A DNA stretch of 64,000 nucleotides from Dehalococcoidia bacterium. Lineage in GTDB: Bacteria > Chloroflexota > Dehalococcoidia > Lucifugimonadales > UBA3495. Numbering within the stretch: the stretch's first letter is position 1; each line of letters begins with the position of its first letter. The stretch spans positions 9,187 through 73,186 of the forward strand of contig DAOULH010000042.1 in the NCBI GenBank assembly GCA_034420475.1. The letters run 5' to 3'. The position numbers were made by a program, and so were the translations under genes. Positions 48,641 through 57,481 of this stretch are shown piece after piece. The notes below the pieces were generated by a model, which was given only the letters and a program-made list of their open reading frames with translations, had not been told where the DNA came from and did no database searches.

Positions 48641-50473
48641 ATGACGCAACAATACAACCTGCTAATGCCTCAACCCGGAGATTTTTACATCGCGGATTGT
48701 CTAACCGTGCTGGAACGTATGCCGGATGAGGTTCTCGACGGCGTGTTTATCGACCCGCCGTTCGGCAAAGCGCGAACCTTCAAAGGAACTCTCATCAAGT
48801 CGCTAGACGGCGAGGAGATGGCCGCTGAAACCGCTCTGCTCAGTCAGTGGAGCATCAACACGAAAGCGGATGCCGATGTGTACGGCATCACCTACCCTGA
48901 TGACACCGACACCACAAATTTCCGTGACCTGTGGGCGTGGCGTGACCACGTGCATGGTGAATGGCTCGATACCTTAGACGAACACGCCCCGAATACCGGT
49001 CTGGTAGTGAAATGCGCAAAGGAGAACGCAGGCAACCAGATTGGTGCGTACATTGCATGGATGGCGATACGCTGCTGGCACATTCACCGGGTCAGCAAGA
49101 CTACTGCATGGTTCACGTACCACTGCGACAGCACCGCCAACGGATACATTCGCCCCATGCTCGACAGCATTTGGGGCAGTGACGGATTCGTCAATGAACT
49201 TACCTGGCGGCGCAAAGAAACTCCATCCGGCAGTCAACACTCAGCCAACAGAATCGGCGTGCTGACCGATACCATCTTTATTTACCGCCGTGAACACGCC
49301 GGCAAGCCCAACACTTTTCGTCCCAGAACCGAAGCAGAAATCAAATCGCATTTCCCACTGGTGGACGAAAATGGAGATCGGTATTTTGATGACACTAAAA
49401 GCATATACCGGGCACCGTCTATGGCACCTAGACCGAACCTATGCTACGAGTGGCGCGGATTCACCAACCTGAACCCAAGCGGATGGCGATTGTCCAAAGA
49501 GCGCATGGAAGAAGAATACGCAAAAGGAAACATCGTCATTCTTGATGAAGGTGATCCTGATAATCGGCGTATTCAGCGCCGCGCCTACGCGAGGAACAGC
49601 CTTGGCCAGCGGCTCGGCAATCTGATCACCGACATCAAACCGCTGACCAATGCTGGCCCGAACGGAGAGAAGACGGGCTATCCTACCCAAAAGCCCATCG
49701 CTCTGCTGGAGCGTCTCCTGCACATTGCCGACATAAAGCCCGGGGCGCTTATCGGAGATTTCTTCGGGGGTTGTTCCACCAGCATCATCGCCGCTCAAAA
49801 CAAAGGGATCGACTGGATTACGTGCGACGTAAACGTCCGCGGCTGGACGATGACCCAACGCCAGTTTCCCAAGCATGGTTACGAGCTTGTGCTGGCCGGA
49901 ACCACGCCGCGCCTCAATGATAAAGCCCCAGTGGACTGCCGAGTACTTGGCCCGCAATACCCACAGCAATTCGATCGGGCTACGCTGGTCATGCCCGACT
50001 ACCACCCGCCGGAACCCATTGAAACCCGAGACGCACTGTTGCTGTCCGAACCGCTTATGCTTGAACTGTTGCTCGCTTCCAGCGGCTGGCAATGTTGGGG
50101 ATGCGGTTATCATGTCCGCAATCAACTTGGCGAACTGCGGCAAGACCGACGGTATTTCCACCTCGACCACGTCAACCCCAAGAGTGCCGGCGGAAGCGAC
50201 GAAATCATCAATCGCGCTCCGTTGTGCCCGCCCTGCAACGGCGACAAGTCGGACGATATGAATTTGAACGCGCTCCGCAATGCCAACAATTCACCGGCCA
50301 TTAACCGTCAGTTCTGGGGTGGCACTGCCCCTAGCCTCAGGCGACTGACACAGGTTCAAGAACGTCTCAATCGTCATTTTGAGACGATGCGCAGCCGTAC
50401 CAGACTGGCACGCACTCGGGAAGCGGAACGTCTGCTTAAAGACTACGCTGAACTCAACAAGATCATCGGATAA
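48641..50473 (+). CDS. Beta-class N6/N4 DNA methyltransferase fused to a C-terminal HNH nuclease domain (610 aa)
   Basis: FIDPPFG (motif IV) comes first, then GYPTQKPIALLERLL and DFFGGCSTS (motif I). C-terminal CWGCG...FHLDHVNPKSAGGSDEIINRAPLCPPCNGDKSD is an HNH motif. Confidence 0.8.
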   Translation: MTQQYNLLMPQPGDFYIADCLTVLERMPDEVLDGVFIDPPFGKARTFKGTLIKSLDGEEMAAETALLSQWSINTKADADVYGITYPDDTDTTNFRDLWAWRDHVHGEWLDTLDEHAPNTGLVVKCAKENAGNQIGAYIAWMAIRCWHIHRVSKTTAWFTYHCDSTANGYIRPMLDSIWGSDGFVNELTWRRKETPSGSQHSANRIGVLTDTIFIYRREHAGKPNTFRPRTEAEIKSHFPLVDENGDRYFDDTKSIYRAPSMAPRPNLCYEWRGFTNLNPSGWRLSKERMEEEYAKGNIVILDEGDPDNRRIQRRAYARNSLGQRLGNLITDIKPLTNAGPNGEKTGYPTQKPIALLERLLHIADIKPGALIGDFFGGCSTSIIAAQNKGIDWITCDVNVRGWTMTQRQFPKHGYELVLAGTTPRLNDKAPVDCRVLGPQYPQQFDRATLVMPDYHPPEPIETRDALLLSEPLMLELLLASSGWQCWGCGYHVRNQLGELRQDRRYFHLDHVNPKSAGGSDEIINRAPLCPPCNGDKSDDMNLNALRNANNSPAINRQFWGGTAPSLRRLTQVQERLNRHFETMRSRTRLARTREAERLLKDYAELNKIIG

Positions 50474-50516
50474 ATCGCGCCTGCCCGTGCTGGCCAAGCG
50501 GAATCGGACCTTGTTA

Positions 50517-50981
50517 CTAACCCAGGGCCATAAACCCTCGGAAGTTCACCGCCACGTCCGCCCCTTTCGCCAGGGCCGCCAAGTACAAGTCGCGGTCCAC
50601 GGTCAACAAGGGAGTTTGGGGGTTGATGGATTCCAACAGGGCGGCGTCAGTGAGGCCCAGCGGCGCGAAATGGGGATTGGCGGCTGCCTGGGCGCTGGCG
50701 ACCACCACCTCATTGCTTTCTTCAATCAGGTAAGCAAGGCGATCCATCAGCAGGGACCGCTCGGGCTCGCGGTGCTGGCGGAGAAGGTTGGAGGCTTCCG
50801 TGAGCGTGTTGGGAGTGACGAATATACGGCGAACTTCGTGCAGTACAACGAGCAAGAGCTCGTAATCGTCGGCGGTAAAATCGTCCAGCCGTCGGTGCCT
50901 GGCGATAATGTCGGTGTCAACACCTCCCGCCACCAAAAGGATGAGCAAGTTCGCGTCAACGAAGTATCCTATCAACGGCAT
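50517..50981 (-). CDS. PIN-domain protein (154 aa)
   Basis: FVDANLL (first Asp), TLTEASN (Glu), GLTDAALL and LLTVDRDL (acidic residues) in PIN order. Confidence 0.65.
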   Translation of the reverse strand: MPLIGYFVDANLLILLVAGGVDTDIIARHRRLDDFTADDYELLLVVLHEVRRIFVTPNTLTEASNLLRQHREPERSLLMDRLAYLIEESNEVVVASAQAAANPHFAPLGLTDAALLESINPQTPLLTVDRDLYLAALAKGADVAVNFRGFMALG

Positions 50982-51262
50982 CAGGCTTTCAGGTCCGGTA
51001 GCAGGCGGTCGGTGAGAGCAACGATTCTGCCATCATCGTTGTTGATGTGAACCACTTTGTAGGCACGGGGAGTCTTCATGCCCATGCGAACTGCTACGGT
51101 GTTTTCCCGGTCCCAGGGACGGGCGAAACCGAAGGTGATGCGCCACTCATCGGAGTCAACATCGTACAGGACTTCTTCCAGTCCAAGCTGAGAGATTTCT
51201 TCATCAGCGAAAACTTCGGCTACGTAATCTCGCGCCGTTTTGGTAACTTCTTTCACGTCCAT
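50981..51262 (-). CDS. Small protein (93 aa) overlapping the PIN gene start; putative cognate partner
   Basis: Its stop overlaps the PIN ATG by 1 nt. No recognisable RHH/AbrB/HTH motif. Confidence 0.5.
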   Translation of the reverse strand: MDVKEVTKTARDYVAEVFADEEISQLGLEEVLYDVDSDEWRITFGFARPWDRENTVAVRMGMKTPRAYKVVHINNDDGRIVALTDRLLPDLKA

Positions 51263-51401
51263 TTGTTGCCTCCTCGTTCCCTGCCGACATTATTGTATCT
51301 TGGCCCGACGGCAGGCGGCAAAGCAAGCGGCAGCGCGTGCTAGAATCTGGGCAGCGCCGCGGTGATGGAACCCTGCCGCCCCGTCAATTGGAGCAACGAA
51401 A

Positions 51402-51788
51402 ATGTCCGCCGCAACCGAGCCGGAGCGCGACGCGCGCGCCATTACCGATGACTACCTCAACCGGGCCTGGGCCGCTTATGAATCCCATCGCCTGGAGCTT
51501 GGCTCCACCTACATCTGGAAGGCTACGGAGGTTGCCCTGCGCTGCGCCGCCGCCAAGCGCGGGATGACTGTGGACACGCCGGATGAGCGGATCGATTTTG
51601 TCGAGTTGCTGGACTCGGAAAACCGCAACAAACATCCCAGCCACTATATCGCAGCCCTGCTGGCCAACGAGCACTATCGGCATGACTCAGAGCTGGGCGT
51701 TATGCCGGGTGATGACCCGACCAAGTACGCCGACCTGGCTGTGGACTTCATCAACGAACTGCTGGAAATGGCAGAGGCCGCGGAATGA
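51402..51788 (+). CDS. PaREP1-like/HEPN-like helical protein (128 aa)
   Basis: Helical. IWKATEVALRCAAAKRG parallels the WGTVAQLTKAVA motif of 29816-30857. ATGA overlap with the next gene. Confidence 0.5.
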   Translation: MSAATEPERDARAITDDYLNRAWAAYESHRLELGSTYIWKATEVALRCAAAKRGMTVDTPDERIDFVELLDSENRNKHPSHYIAALLANEHYRHDSELGVMPGDDPTKYADLAVDFINELLEMAEAAE

Positions 51789-52150
51789 CCTGGCAGGAAC
51801 TTTACGCGATTGCCAGATCGCTACGGCAGCGAGCCGACTGGCTGTTCGACCGCAGCGAATACCAACTCGCCGGCGAAGGGATCTGGGGCGCTTTGCACTA
51901 CACGGCAAGGGCGTTAACCGAATGTTTTGGACGGGCTGCCGGCCAATCCCTCAGCGACGGGCATATTCCTACCCTGCCTAACTTTCCAAGTGACATCAGT
52001 CAACGAAAGCGTCAATGGCGTGCGGCCCGCGCCCTGCATATCCATTTCTATAACAGCAACCTTACTGCCGCAGAAATGGAGCGTAGTCGCGCCCAAGCAA
52101 CGGCACTGTTGAACGAAGCCTTCGGCGTGTTGCAGTCAAATATGGCGTAA
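51785..52150 (+). CDS. PaREP1-like helical protein (121 aa)
   Basis: AGEGIWGALHYTARAL and LHIHFYNSNL parallel AGEKGWGTVAQLTKAV and LHGNFYEVYM. Confidence 0.5.
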   Translation: MTWQELYAIARSLRQRADWLFDRSEYQLAGEGIWGALHYTARALTECFGRAAGQSLSDGHIPTLPNFPSDISQRKRQWRAARALHIHFYNSNLTAAEMERSRAQATALLNEAFGVLQSNMA

Positions 52151-52167
52151 CCGCCAACCGTCCCGCT

Positions 52168-52992
52168 TCAATCAATCCGCCGGCCGCGCCAGTATTGGGG
52201 CGGCCGTTGGTAATCGTCGTCGCGCCGGCCGCGACCGCCGGATCGGGAAATACCGCCCGGGCCGCGCCGGAAGGGTCGGACGGCCAACCCCACGATGGCT
52301 CCGACCACGAAGCCGCCGATGTGGGCGAAGAAGGCAGTGGAGACCTCATGGCTCACACCGATGGAGAGCAGGCCCTGGATGGCTTGCAACGCGAACCAGA
52401 TGACGAGTAGCCAGACCGCGCGGAGCTCGATCACGGTGATCAGAATGTAGATCAGCAGGGTGCGGATGCGATTGCGGGGGTAGAGGAGGAGATAGGCGCC
52501 CATGACGCCGGAGATGGCGCCGCTGGCTCCGACCAAAGGGGTCTGCGACGACGGATCGATTGCGTAATGCGAAAGGGTGGCGAGGACACCGGCCACCAGG
52601 TAGAACAGCAGGTACTTGAGGTGACCGAAGGTGTCCTCGATGTTGTCCCCAAAGACCCACAGGAACAGCATGTTGCCGATGAAGTGCATCAGGCTGCCGT
52701 GGATGAACATGGAGGTGAGCATCGTGCCCCAGGTCGGGATGGGAGACGCGATGTCGATCCCACCGGAGCCGACCGGGATCAACTCGAATGCCCGGCCCGA
52801 CGACAGTTCGGCGGGTATGAAGCCGAACTGCAGGAAGAAAACGAAAATCGGCAGGCCGCCTCCGCCGAAGAGGAACCCGAAGCCGCCGACGCTGATCTCG
52901 TAAAGGAATACGAGAGAGTTGAGGCCGATCAGGACGAGGTTGACGACCGGGCGGGAGCCGTGACGCCGCCCGGCGTCGGAGATGGGCAGCAC
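52168..52992 (-). CDS. Rhomboid-family intramembrane serine protease
   Basis: HGSLMHFIGNM, GASGAISGVMGAY (catalytic Ser) and FAHIGGF (catalytic His). Confidence 0.85.
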   Translation of the reverse strand: MLPISDAGRRHGSRPVVNLVLIGLNSLVFLYEISVGGFGFLFGGGGLPIFVFFLQFGFIPAELSSGRAFELIPVGSGGIDIASPIPTWGTMLTSMFIHGSLMHFIGNMLFLWVFGDNIEDTFGHLKYLLFYLVAGVLATLSHYAIDPSSQTPLVGASGAISGVMGAYLLLYPRNRIRTLLIYILITVIELRAVWLLVIWFALQAIQGLLSIGVSHEVSTAFFAHIGGFVVGAIVGLAVRPFRRGPGGISRSGGRGRRDDDYQRPPQYWRGRRID

Positions 52993-52994
52993 GG

Positions 52995-53705
52995 CTAGGC
53001 GGGGACGGCGGCGGTGATGTCTTCGGCAGCGTGGGCGATGATTTCCGCGGCGGTGCTCTGAGAAATGCGCCCGATGTTGAGCATCAGGTGGAACTTGGTG
53101 GGATCGTTGGCTTCGGCCCGGAAGAACTTGCGGTAGAAGGTGACCCGAGCGTTTTCCAGGTCCTCGGAGTAGACGCGGGCCTCGTCAGCCGAGAACAGCT
53201 CGCGCTTGGCCATGGTGTCGATGCGAACGTCCATGGGCGCGAGGAGGCCCACGTGGATGACGCCGGGGGTATCAGCCAGGATCATGTTGCTGCCGCGGCC
53301 GATGATGACGACGTCACCGCCGCCGGCCAGCTCTTTGATGACCGACGTGGTGGCTTCAATGAACGCCCGGTCGTGGACGTTGGAGGAGGAAGCGGCGTCG
53401 GATACCAGCTCGGTGTACGCTTCGGCCGGGAGCATTTCGATGCCGCGGCCGAAGTAGGGTTCGGCTCCGGCGCCGGCCACGGCGGAACGTTCGAGGACGG
53501 TCTGCATGAAGCGGGCGACCTTTTCGCGGAAGGGGACTACCCGCTGCTCCTTCTCGATGAGCCGGCTGACCGGAGACCCGACCAGGCGGGCCGCCTCGGA
53601 GAAGATATATCGGTCCACGTAGTTCAGACCCATGTTCTGGGCGACCAGGTGGCCGATCTCCAGCGTGCCGCTGCCGATGACGCCGTTGATGGTTATGACC
53701 GGCAT
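52995..53705 (-). CDS. Cytidylate kinase-like family protein
   Basis: MPVITINGVIGSGTLEIGHLVAQNMGLNYVDR at the N-terminus. The start is at 53705. Confidence 0.6.
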   Translation of the reverse strand: MPVITINGVIGSGTLEIGHLVAQNMGLNYVDRYIFSEAARLVGSPVSRLIEKEQRVVPFREKVARFMQTVLERSAVAGAGAEPYFGRGIEMLPAEAYTELVSDAASSSNVHDRAFIEATTSVIKELAGGGDVVIIGRGSNMILADTPGVIHVGLLAPMDVRIDTMAKRELFSADEARVYSEDLENARVTFYRKFFRAEANDPTKFHLMLNIGRISQSTAAEIIAHAAEDITAAVPA

Positions 53706-53748
53706 GATGCTTCCTCCGTCTGGGTCATTCTCCCGTCTCGGGCGCGGG

Positions 53749-54336
53749 TTACGCCGTGTACTGGGCCAGGACCCGTTCGCGGCGGCGGTGGTACTCGTCG
53801 ACCAGCAGACCCATGGCGAAGGAGTCGTACCAGTTGCCGTCCTTGCGGTGGGTGCGTCGCAGGTGCCCTTCAAGCACGAAGCCCAGGTGCCGGAACATCT
53901 GCAAGGCGTGCTCGTTGTACTCCGGAACGTCCACCCACACGCGGTGAAGTTCCAGGTTGTCGAAGGCTTCGTCCAGCAGGGTGACCAGAGCCGAGGTCCC
54001 GTAGTGGTGGTGCCAGAGGTCCTTGCGTCCGATCAATATGAAGAGCTGGGCTTCTTCCAGGGGCCATTCGACCAGCAGCTGACCCTCTCCGATATGGGCC
54101 TCGTCGGTGGCATAGATGGAGTAGATGCGCCTTTCATCCTGGTTGAACGTTTGATGCCACGTGTCGTCGTCGGCGTCCTGGATGGCTTCGGGAGCGTACC
54201 CGATGTGGAGGGCGTGGCCGTCGGAATCGTCGGTGCCGTACCACAGCGAACTGACCTCGGGATCGCGCAGCCAATCGCGAATGCGTGAAACATCTTCACG
54301 GGAAACGTCTGAGTTAAGGCTAACCGTTGGGAACAT
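53749..54336 (-). CDS. GNAT-family N-acetyltransferase
   Basis: HRVWVDVPEYNEHALQMFRHLGFVLEG (acetyl-CoA binding region pattern). Confidence 0.7.
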   Translation of the reverse strand: MFPTVSLNSDVSREDVSRIRDWLRDPEVSSLWYGTDDSDGHALHIGYAPEAIQDADDDTWHQTFNQDERRIYSIYATDEAHIGEGQLLVEWPLEEAQLFILIGRKDLWHHHYGTSALVTLLDEAFDNLELHRVWVDVPEYNEHALQMFRHLGFVLEGHLRRTHRKDGNWYDSFAMGLLVDEYHRRRERVLAQYTA

Positions 54337-54464
54337 ATACCGGCCTCCTAGAACTGCAATGGCAATGATTTTCCGGCTTTCCGGGGGCCAAATTTATACT
54401 GTGAATTACCCGGATTATAACACGGTGGTTGCGCCGGGAAGGGGCCGCTTCCCGCCAGGAATCG

Positions 54465-54498
54465 AAAGAGGGGGCGAACCGGCGTTCGCCCCCTCTTT
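54465..54498 (-). terminator. Terminator hairpin downstream of aroG
   Basis: AAAGAGGGGGCGAAC-CGGC-GTTCGCCCCCTCTTT, with T-rich flanks on both strands. Confidence 0.7.
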
Positions 54499-54526
54499 GG
54501 ATCGGACGGGTCAGCCGGGCAAGGCG

Positions 54527-55600
54527 CTAATCCGCGGGTACGGCAACCTCGCTGCCGATCGATTCGTAGGCCCACTCCAGCAGGTCCACGGTCTCGTCCC
54601 AACCGATGCAGGAGTCGGTGATGGAGATGCCGTACTCCAGCTCGGACGGGTCGGCGCCGAGCTTCTGGGCGCCGGGATTGATGTTGCTTTCCAGCATCAC
54701 CCCGATGAGGTCGGAGTTGCCGGTCAACCGCTGCTGCAGCACGTCGCGGAAGGCGATGTGCTGGCGGGTGTGGTCCTTGTTGGAATTGCCGTGGCTGCAG
54801 TCCACCACTATGGGAGCGGGAGCGCCGGACTTGCGGAGGGCGTCAGTGGCCTCGGCGATGGATCGGGCGTCGAAGTTGGTGCCGCTGCGGCCGCCGCGCA
54901 TGACCAGGTGACAGTTGCGGTTCCCGCGGGTCTCGACGATAGAAGCCTGGCCGTCGTGGTCGATGCCGAGGAACGCCTGCGGCGTCCGGGCGGCGACGAG
55001 GGCGTCAACGGCGGTCTGGGGGTCGCCGTCGGTGCCGTTCTTGAAGCCCACGGGCATCGACAGGCCGGATGCCATCTGGCGGTGGATCTGGCTCTCGGTG
55101 GTGCGGGCGCCGATGGCGGCCCAGGTGACGAGGTCGGCGACGTACTGGGGCACGATGGGGTCGAGGAATTCGGTGGCGGAGCTCAGTCCGGTTTCGGCGA
55201 TCTCAAGCAGCAGCTGGCGAGCGCGATGCAGACCGTCCTCGATCTGGTAGGTGTCGTTGAGGTTGGGGTCGTAGATGAGGCCCTTCCAACCAACGGTGGT
55301 GCGCGGCTTCTCGAAGTAAACCCGCATCACGATCATGATGCGGTCGCTGAGGCGGTCGGCCAGGGGCTTGAGACGGGCCGCGTAGTCCAGCGCGCCCGAC
55401 TGATCGTGGATGGAGCAAGGACCGACAATGACGGCGAAGCGCTCGTCGTCGCCGTTGAGCACGTTCTCGAGTTGGCGACGGCTGTCGAGCACGACCTCTT
55501 CTGCCTTGTCGGTGAGGGGAATTCGGGCCTCCAGTTCGGACGGTCGGATCAATGCGTTGTTACTCATCACGTTCACATCTTTTGCCGGTGAGATTGCCAT
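54527..55600 (-). CDS. aroG: 3-deoxy-7-phosphoheptulonate (DAHP) synthase, class I
   Basis: GPCSIHD, KPRTTVGWKGLIYDP, IGARTTESQ, DCSHGNS. AGGAGG lies 8 nt upstream of the ATG at 55600. Confidence 0.9.
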   Translation of the reverse strand: MAISPAKDVNVMSNNALIRPSELEARIPLTDKAEEVVLDSRRQLENVLNGDDERFAVIVGPCSIHDQSGALDYAARLKPLADRLSDRIMIVMRVYFEKPRTTVGWKGLIYDPNLNDTYQIEDGLHRARQLLLEIAETGLSSATEFLDPIVPQYVADLVTWAAIGARTTESQIHRQMASGLSMPVGFKNGTDGDPQTAVDALVAARTPQAFLGIDHDGQASIVETRGNRNCHLVMRGGRSGTNFDARSIAEATDALRKSGAPAPIVVDCSHGNSNKDHTRQHIAFRDVLQQRLTGNSDLIGVMLESNINPGAQKLGADPSELEYGISITDSCIGWDETVDLLEWAYESIGSEVAVPAD

Positions 55601-55643
55601 CTTTTTGTCCTCCTGACGGTACCGGGTGCGGGGCTGACGTTAC

Positions 55644-55682
55644 CAACAAAAAGGACTTCAGCCTCCGTCCGGCTGAAGTCCT
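55644..55682 (-). terminator. Attenuator terminator in the aroG leader
   Basis: On the minus strand: AGGACTTCAGCC-GGACGGA-GGCTGAAGTCCT followed by TTTTGTTGG, 44 nt upstream of the aroG ATG. Confidence 0.8.
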
Positions 55683-55717
55683 GCCAAAGTGGTTGTCACC
55701 AAGTTTTATCGGGCTTC

Positions 55718-55810
55718 TCACGCCGGGTTTACGCTGGCCGCGCTGCGGTAAGCGTAAAAGTAAAAGGGGCGATAATACCCGGGGGCGATTTGGCGGCAGG
55801 CGGTACTCAT
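55718..55810 (-). CDS. Candidate aromatic-amino-acid leader peptide (30 aa)
   Basis: MSTACRQIAPGYYRPFYFYAYRSAASVNPA* has 5 Tyr and 2 Phe within 10 residues. The stop lies 36 nt before the terminator stem. Confidence 0.6.
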   Translation of the reverse strand: MSTACRQIAPGYYRPFYFYAYRSAASVNPA

Positions 55811-55820
55811 GTTGACGGAA

Positions 55821-55849
55821 ATGCTACTCCCGCCGCACTCCGTTGTCAA
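55821..55849 (-). promoter_or_regulatory. Candidate sigma-70-type promoter of the aroG leader
   Basis: The minus strand has TTGACA, a 17-nt spacer, then TAGCAT. Only 10 nt separate the -10 element from the leader ATG, which would imply a near-leaderless peptide. Confidence 0.4.
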
Positions 55850-55950
55850 CGGGTTTCGGCGAAAGCAAGTGTTCGCGTTTGAAGGGCATCCTGGTAGCAC
55901 AGGCATTCCTGCCCGTGGGAGCCGCCAGGGTGCTCCGCTATAGTGAGCAG

Positions 55951-56481
55951 TTATCGGCGAAGCTCTTCGCGGCCAAGGGACTCAGCCAGCAGGCGACCAC
56001 ACAATTCGCAGGGTGAAGACCCCGAGTAATCATAGTCGCGTTGCAACATCCGGCGCCAGTCGCGGTTGATAGCGTAACAGCAGATGGGGGCGGTAATCGG
56101 AAAGGTAAGCAGCACGAACAGTACGATGAGGATGATGGTAATGACGTTGCCCATCGGGAGGTCATCGATCCAGACCAGACTGCGGCCCAGGATTCTTTCC
56201 CAACGAGGCATAGGTTCGGAGCGGTATCCTGGCAGCGGCTCCCGAAAAGGGCGCCCTTCGGCTTGAGCGTAACTTCTGCGCGTCAGCCACAGGTTCATCC
56301 TGTCAGCCGACTCACGGTCGCGGCGCTCGGCCCGTTCGGCTTCCAGAGGATCGGTGTAATGCTCTTTCAGGTAAATCTGGCGCGCCCGCATTGTTGAGCC
56401 GGGCATCAAGAAACTCGGAACCCGGCTGTTAAGGTTAAGACTGGCGAGGTGCTGCTGGCGGCATTCCGGATGCATCGGCAT
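55951..56481 (-). CDS. Hypothetical membrane protein (176 aa or shorter)
   Basis: ORF with one TM segment (VITIILIVLFVLLTFPITAPICCYAI). The start is uncertain. Confidence 0.4.
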   Translation of the reverse strand: MPMHPECRQQHLASLNLNSRVPSFLMPGSTMRARQIYLKEHYTDPLEAERAERRDRESADRMNLWLTRRSYAQAEGRPFREPLPGYRSEPMPRWERILGRSLVWIDDLPMGNVITIILIVLFVLLTFPITAPICCYAINRDWRRMLQRDYDYSGSSPCELCGRLLAESLGREELRR

Positions 56482-56528
56482 TCCAGACGTGCCTCCTGAA
56501 AAGATTGCCGGCCGTGGGATCCAATGGG

Positions 56529-57353
56529 CTAAACTCTGCCGGCCAGTTCCGCGACGACGCCGGCTCCCCGATCCGCCGCCTCATCATCGGGGCCATCGGA
56601 CAGGGCACGCACCAATAGGCTGCCAACCGCCGCCGCGTCCGCCCTCTGGCCAACGTTCAACACGTGCTCGCGGCTGGAGATGCCGAACCCGACCGTGATG
56701 GGAAGATCCGTCCGCTGGCGGACCCGGTCAACCAGGTCCAGGCCGCGATCAGACAACTCGGAACGAGCGCCGGTGATCCCCACCACGCTGGTGCAATATA
56801 CGAACCCCCCGCCCAGAGCGACCGAACGCTCGATGCTCTCGTCGGTGCTGGTTGGCGCCAACAGAGGTATCAGGCGGACGCCGTAGGGATCGAGTTCCGA
56901 CACCAGCGCCTCCGCCTCCGAACCCGGCAGGTCAACGATAATCAGGCCGTCGACGGTGGCCTCGGCGCACGCCGCGGCAAATTCCTTCAGGCCAAAGGAC
57001 ATCACCGGGTTGTAGTAGCCCATCAAAATGAGCGGGGTATCGCCGACCTGGGGACGCAGGGCGGCCGCAGTGTCCAGGCAGTCCCGGACGGTAACGCCGT
57101 TCTGCAAGGCAACGTAGCTGGACGCCTGGATTACGGGGCCTTCGCCAATGGGATCACTGAACGGAATGCCCAGCTCGATGGCGTCGGCGCCGGCCTCCAC
57201 CAGTCGCGGCACGACGTCCAGGGCGGCGTCCTTGTAGGGGTGGCCGACGGTGACGAACACCACGAGACCGGGGCGGCCCTCGGCTTTGACGGCGGCGAAC
57301 TTGGCGGCGATGCGGTCCTGGACGGTGGCAGCCTGGGTTGTCATCTTTGTCAC
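56529..57353 (-). CDS. trpA: Tryptophan synthase alpha chain
   Basis: IELGIPFSDPIGEGPVIQ, MGYYNP, GFGIS motifs. Confidence 0.9.
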   Translation of the reverse strand: MTKMTTQAATVQDRIAAKFAAVKAEGRPGLVVFVTVGHPYKDAALDVVPRLVEAGADAIELGIPFSDPIGEGPVIQASSYVALQNGVTVRDCLDTAAALRPQVGDTPLILMGYYNPVMSFGLKEFAAACAEATVDGLIIVDLPGSEAEALVSELDPYGVRLIPLLAPTSTDESIERSVALGGGFVYCTSVVGITGARSELSDRGLDLVDRVRQRTDLPITVGFGISSREHVLNVGQRADAAAVGSLLVRALSDGPDDEAADRGAGVVAELAGRV

Positions 57354-57481
57354 TCTAGGAAGGGAAAGGATCGAAGCGTAACTAGACTATCCTACGGGCC
57401 GGCGAGTGTCCAGACGGCGCGATGGCGCAGATGCCCGCTGCCGGTAAGGGCGACCATTCTCGGCTGGGACACGACCCGGGT

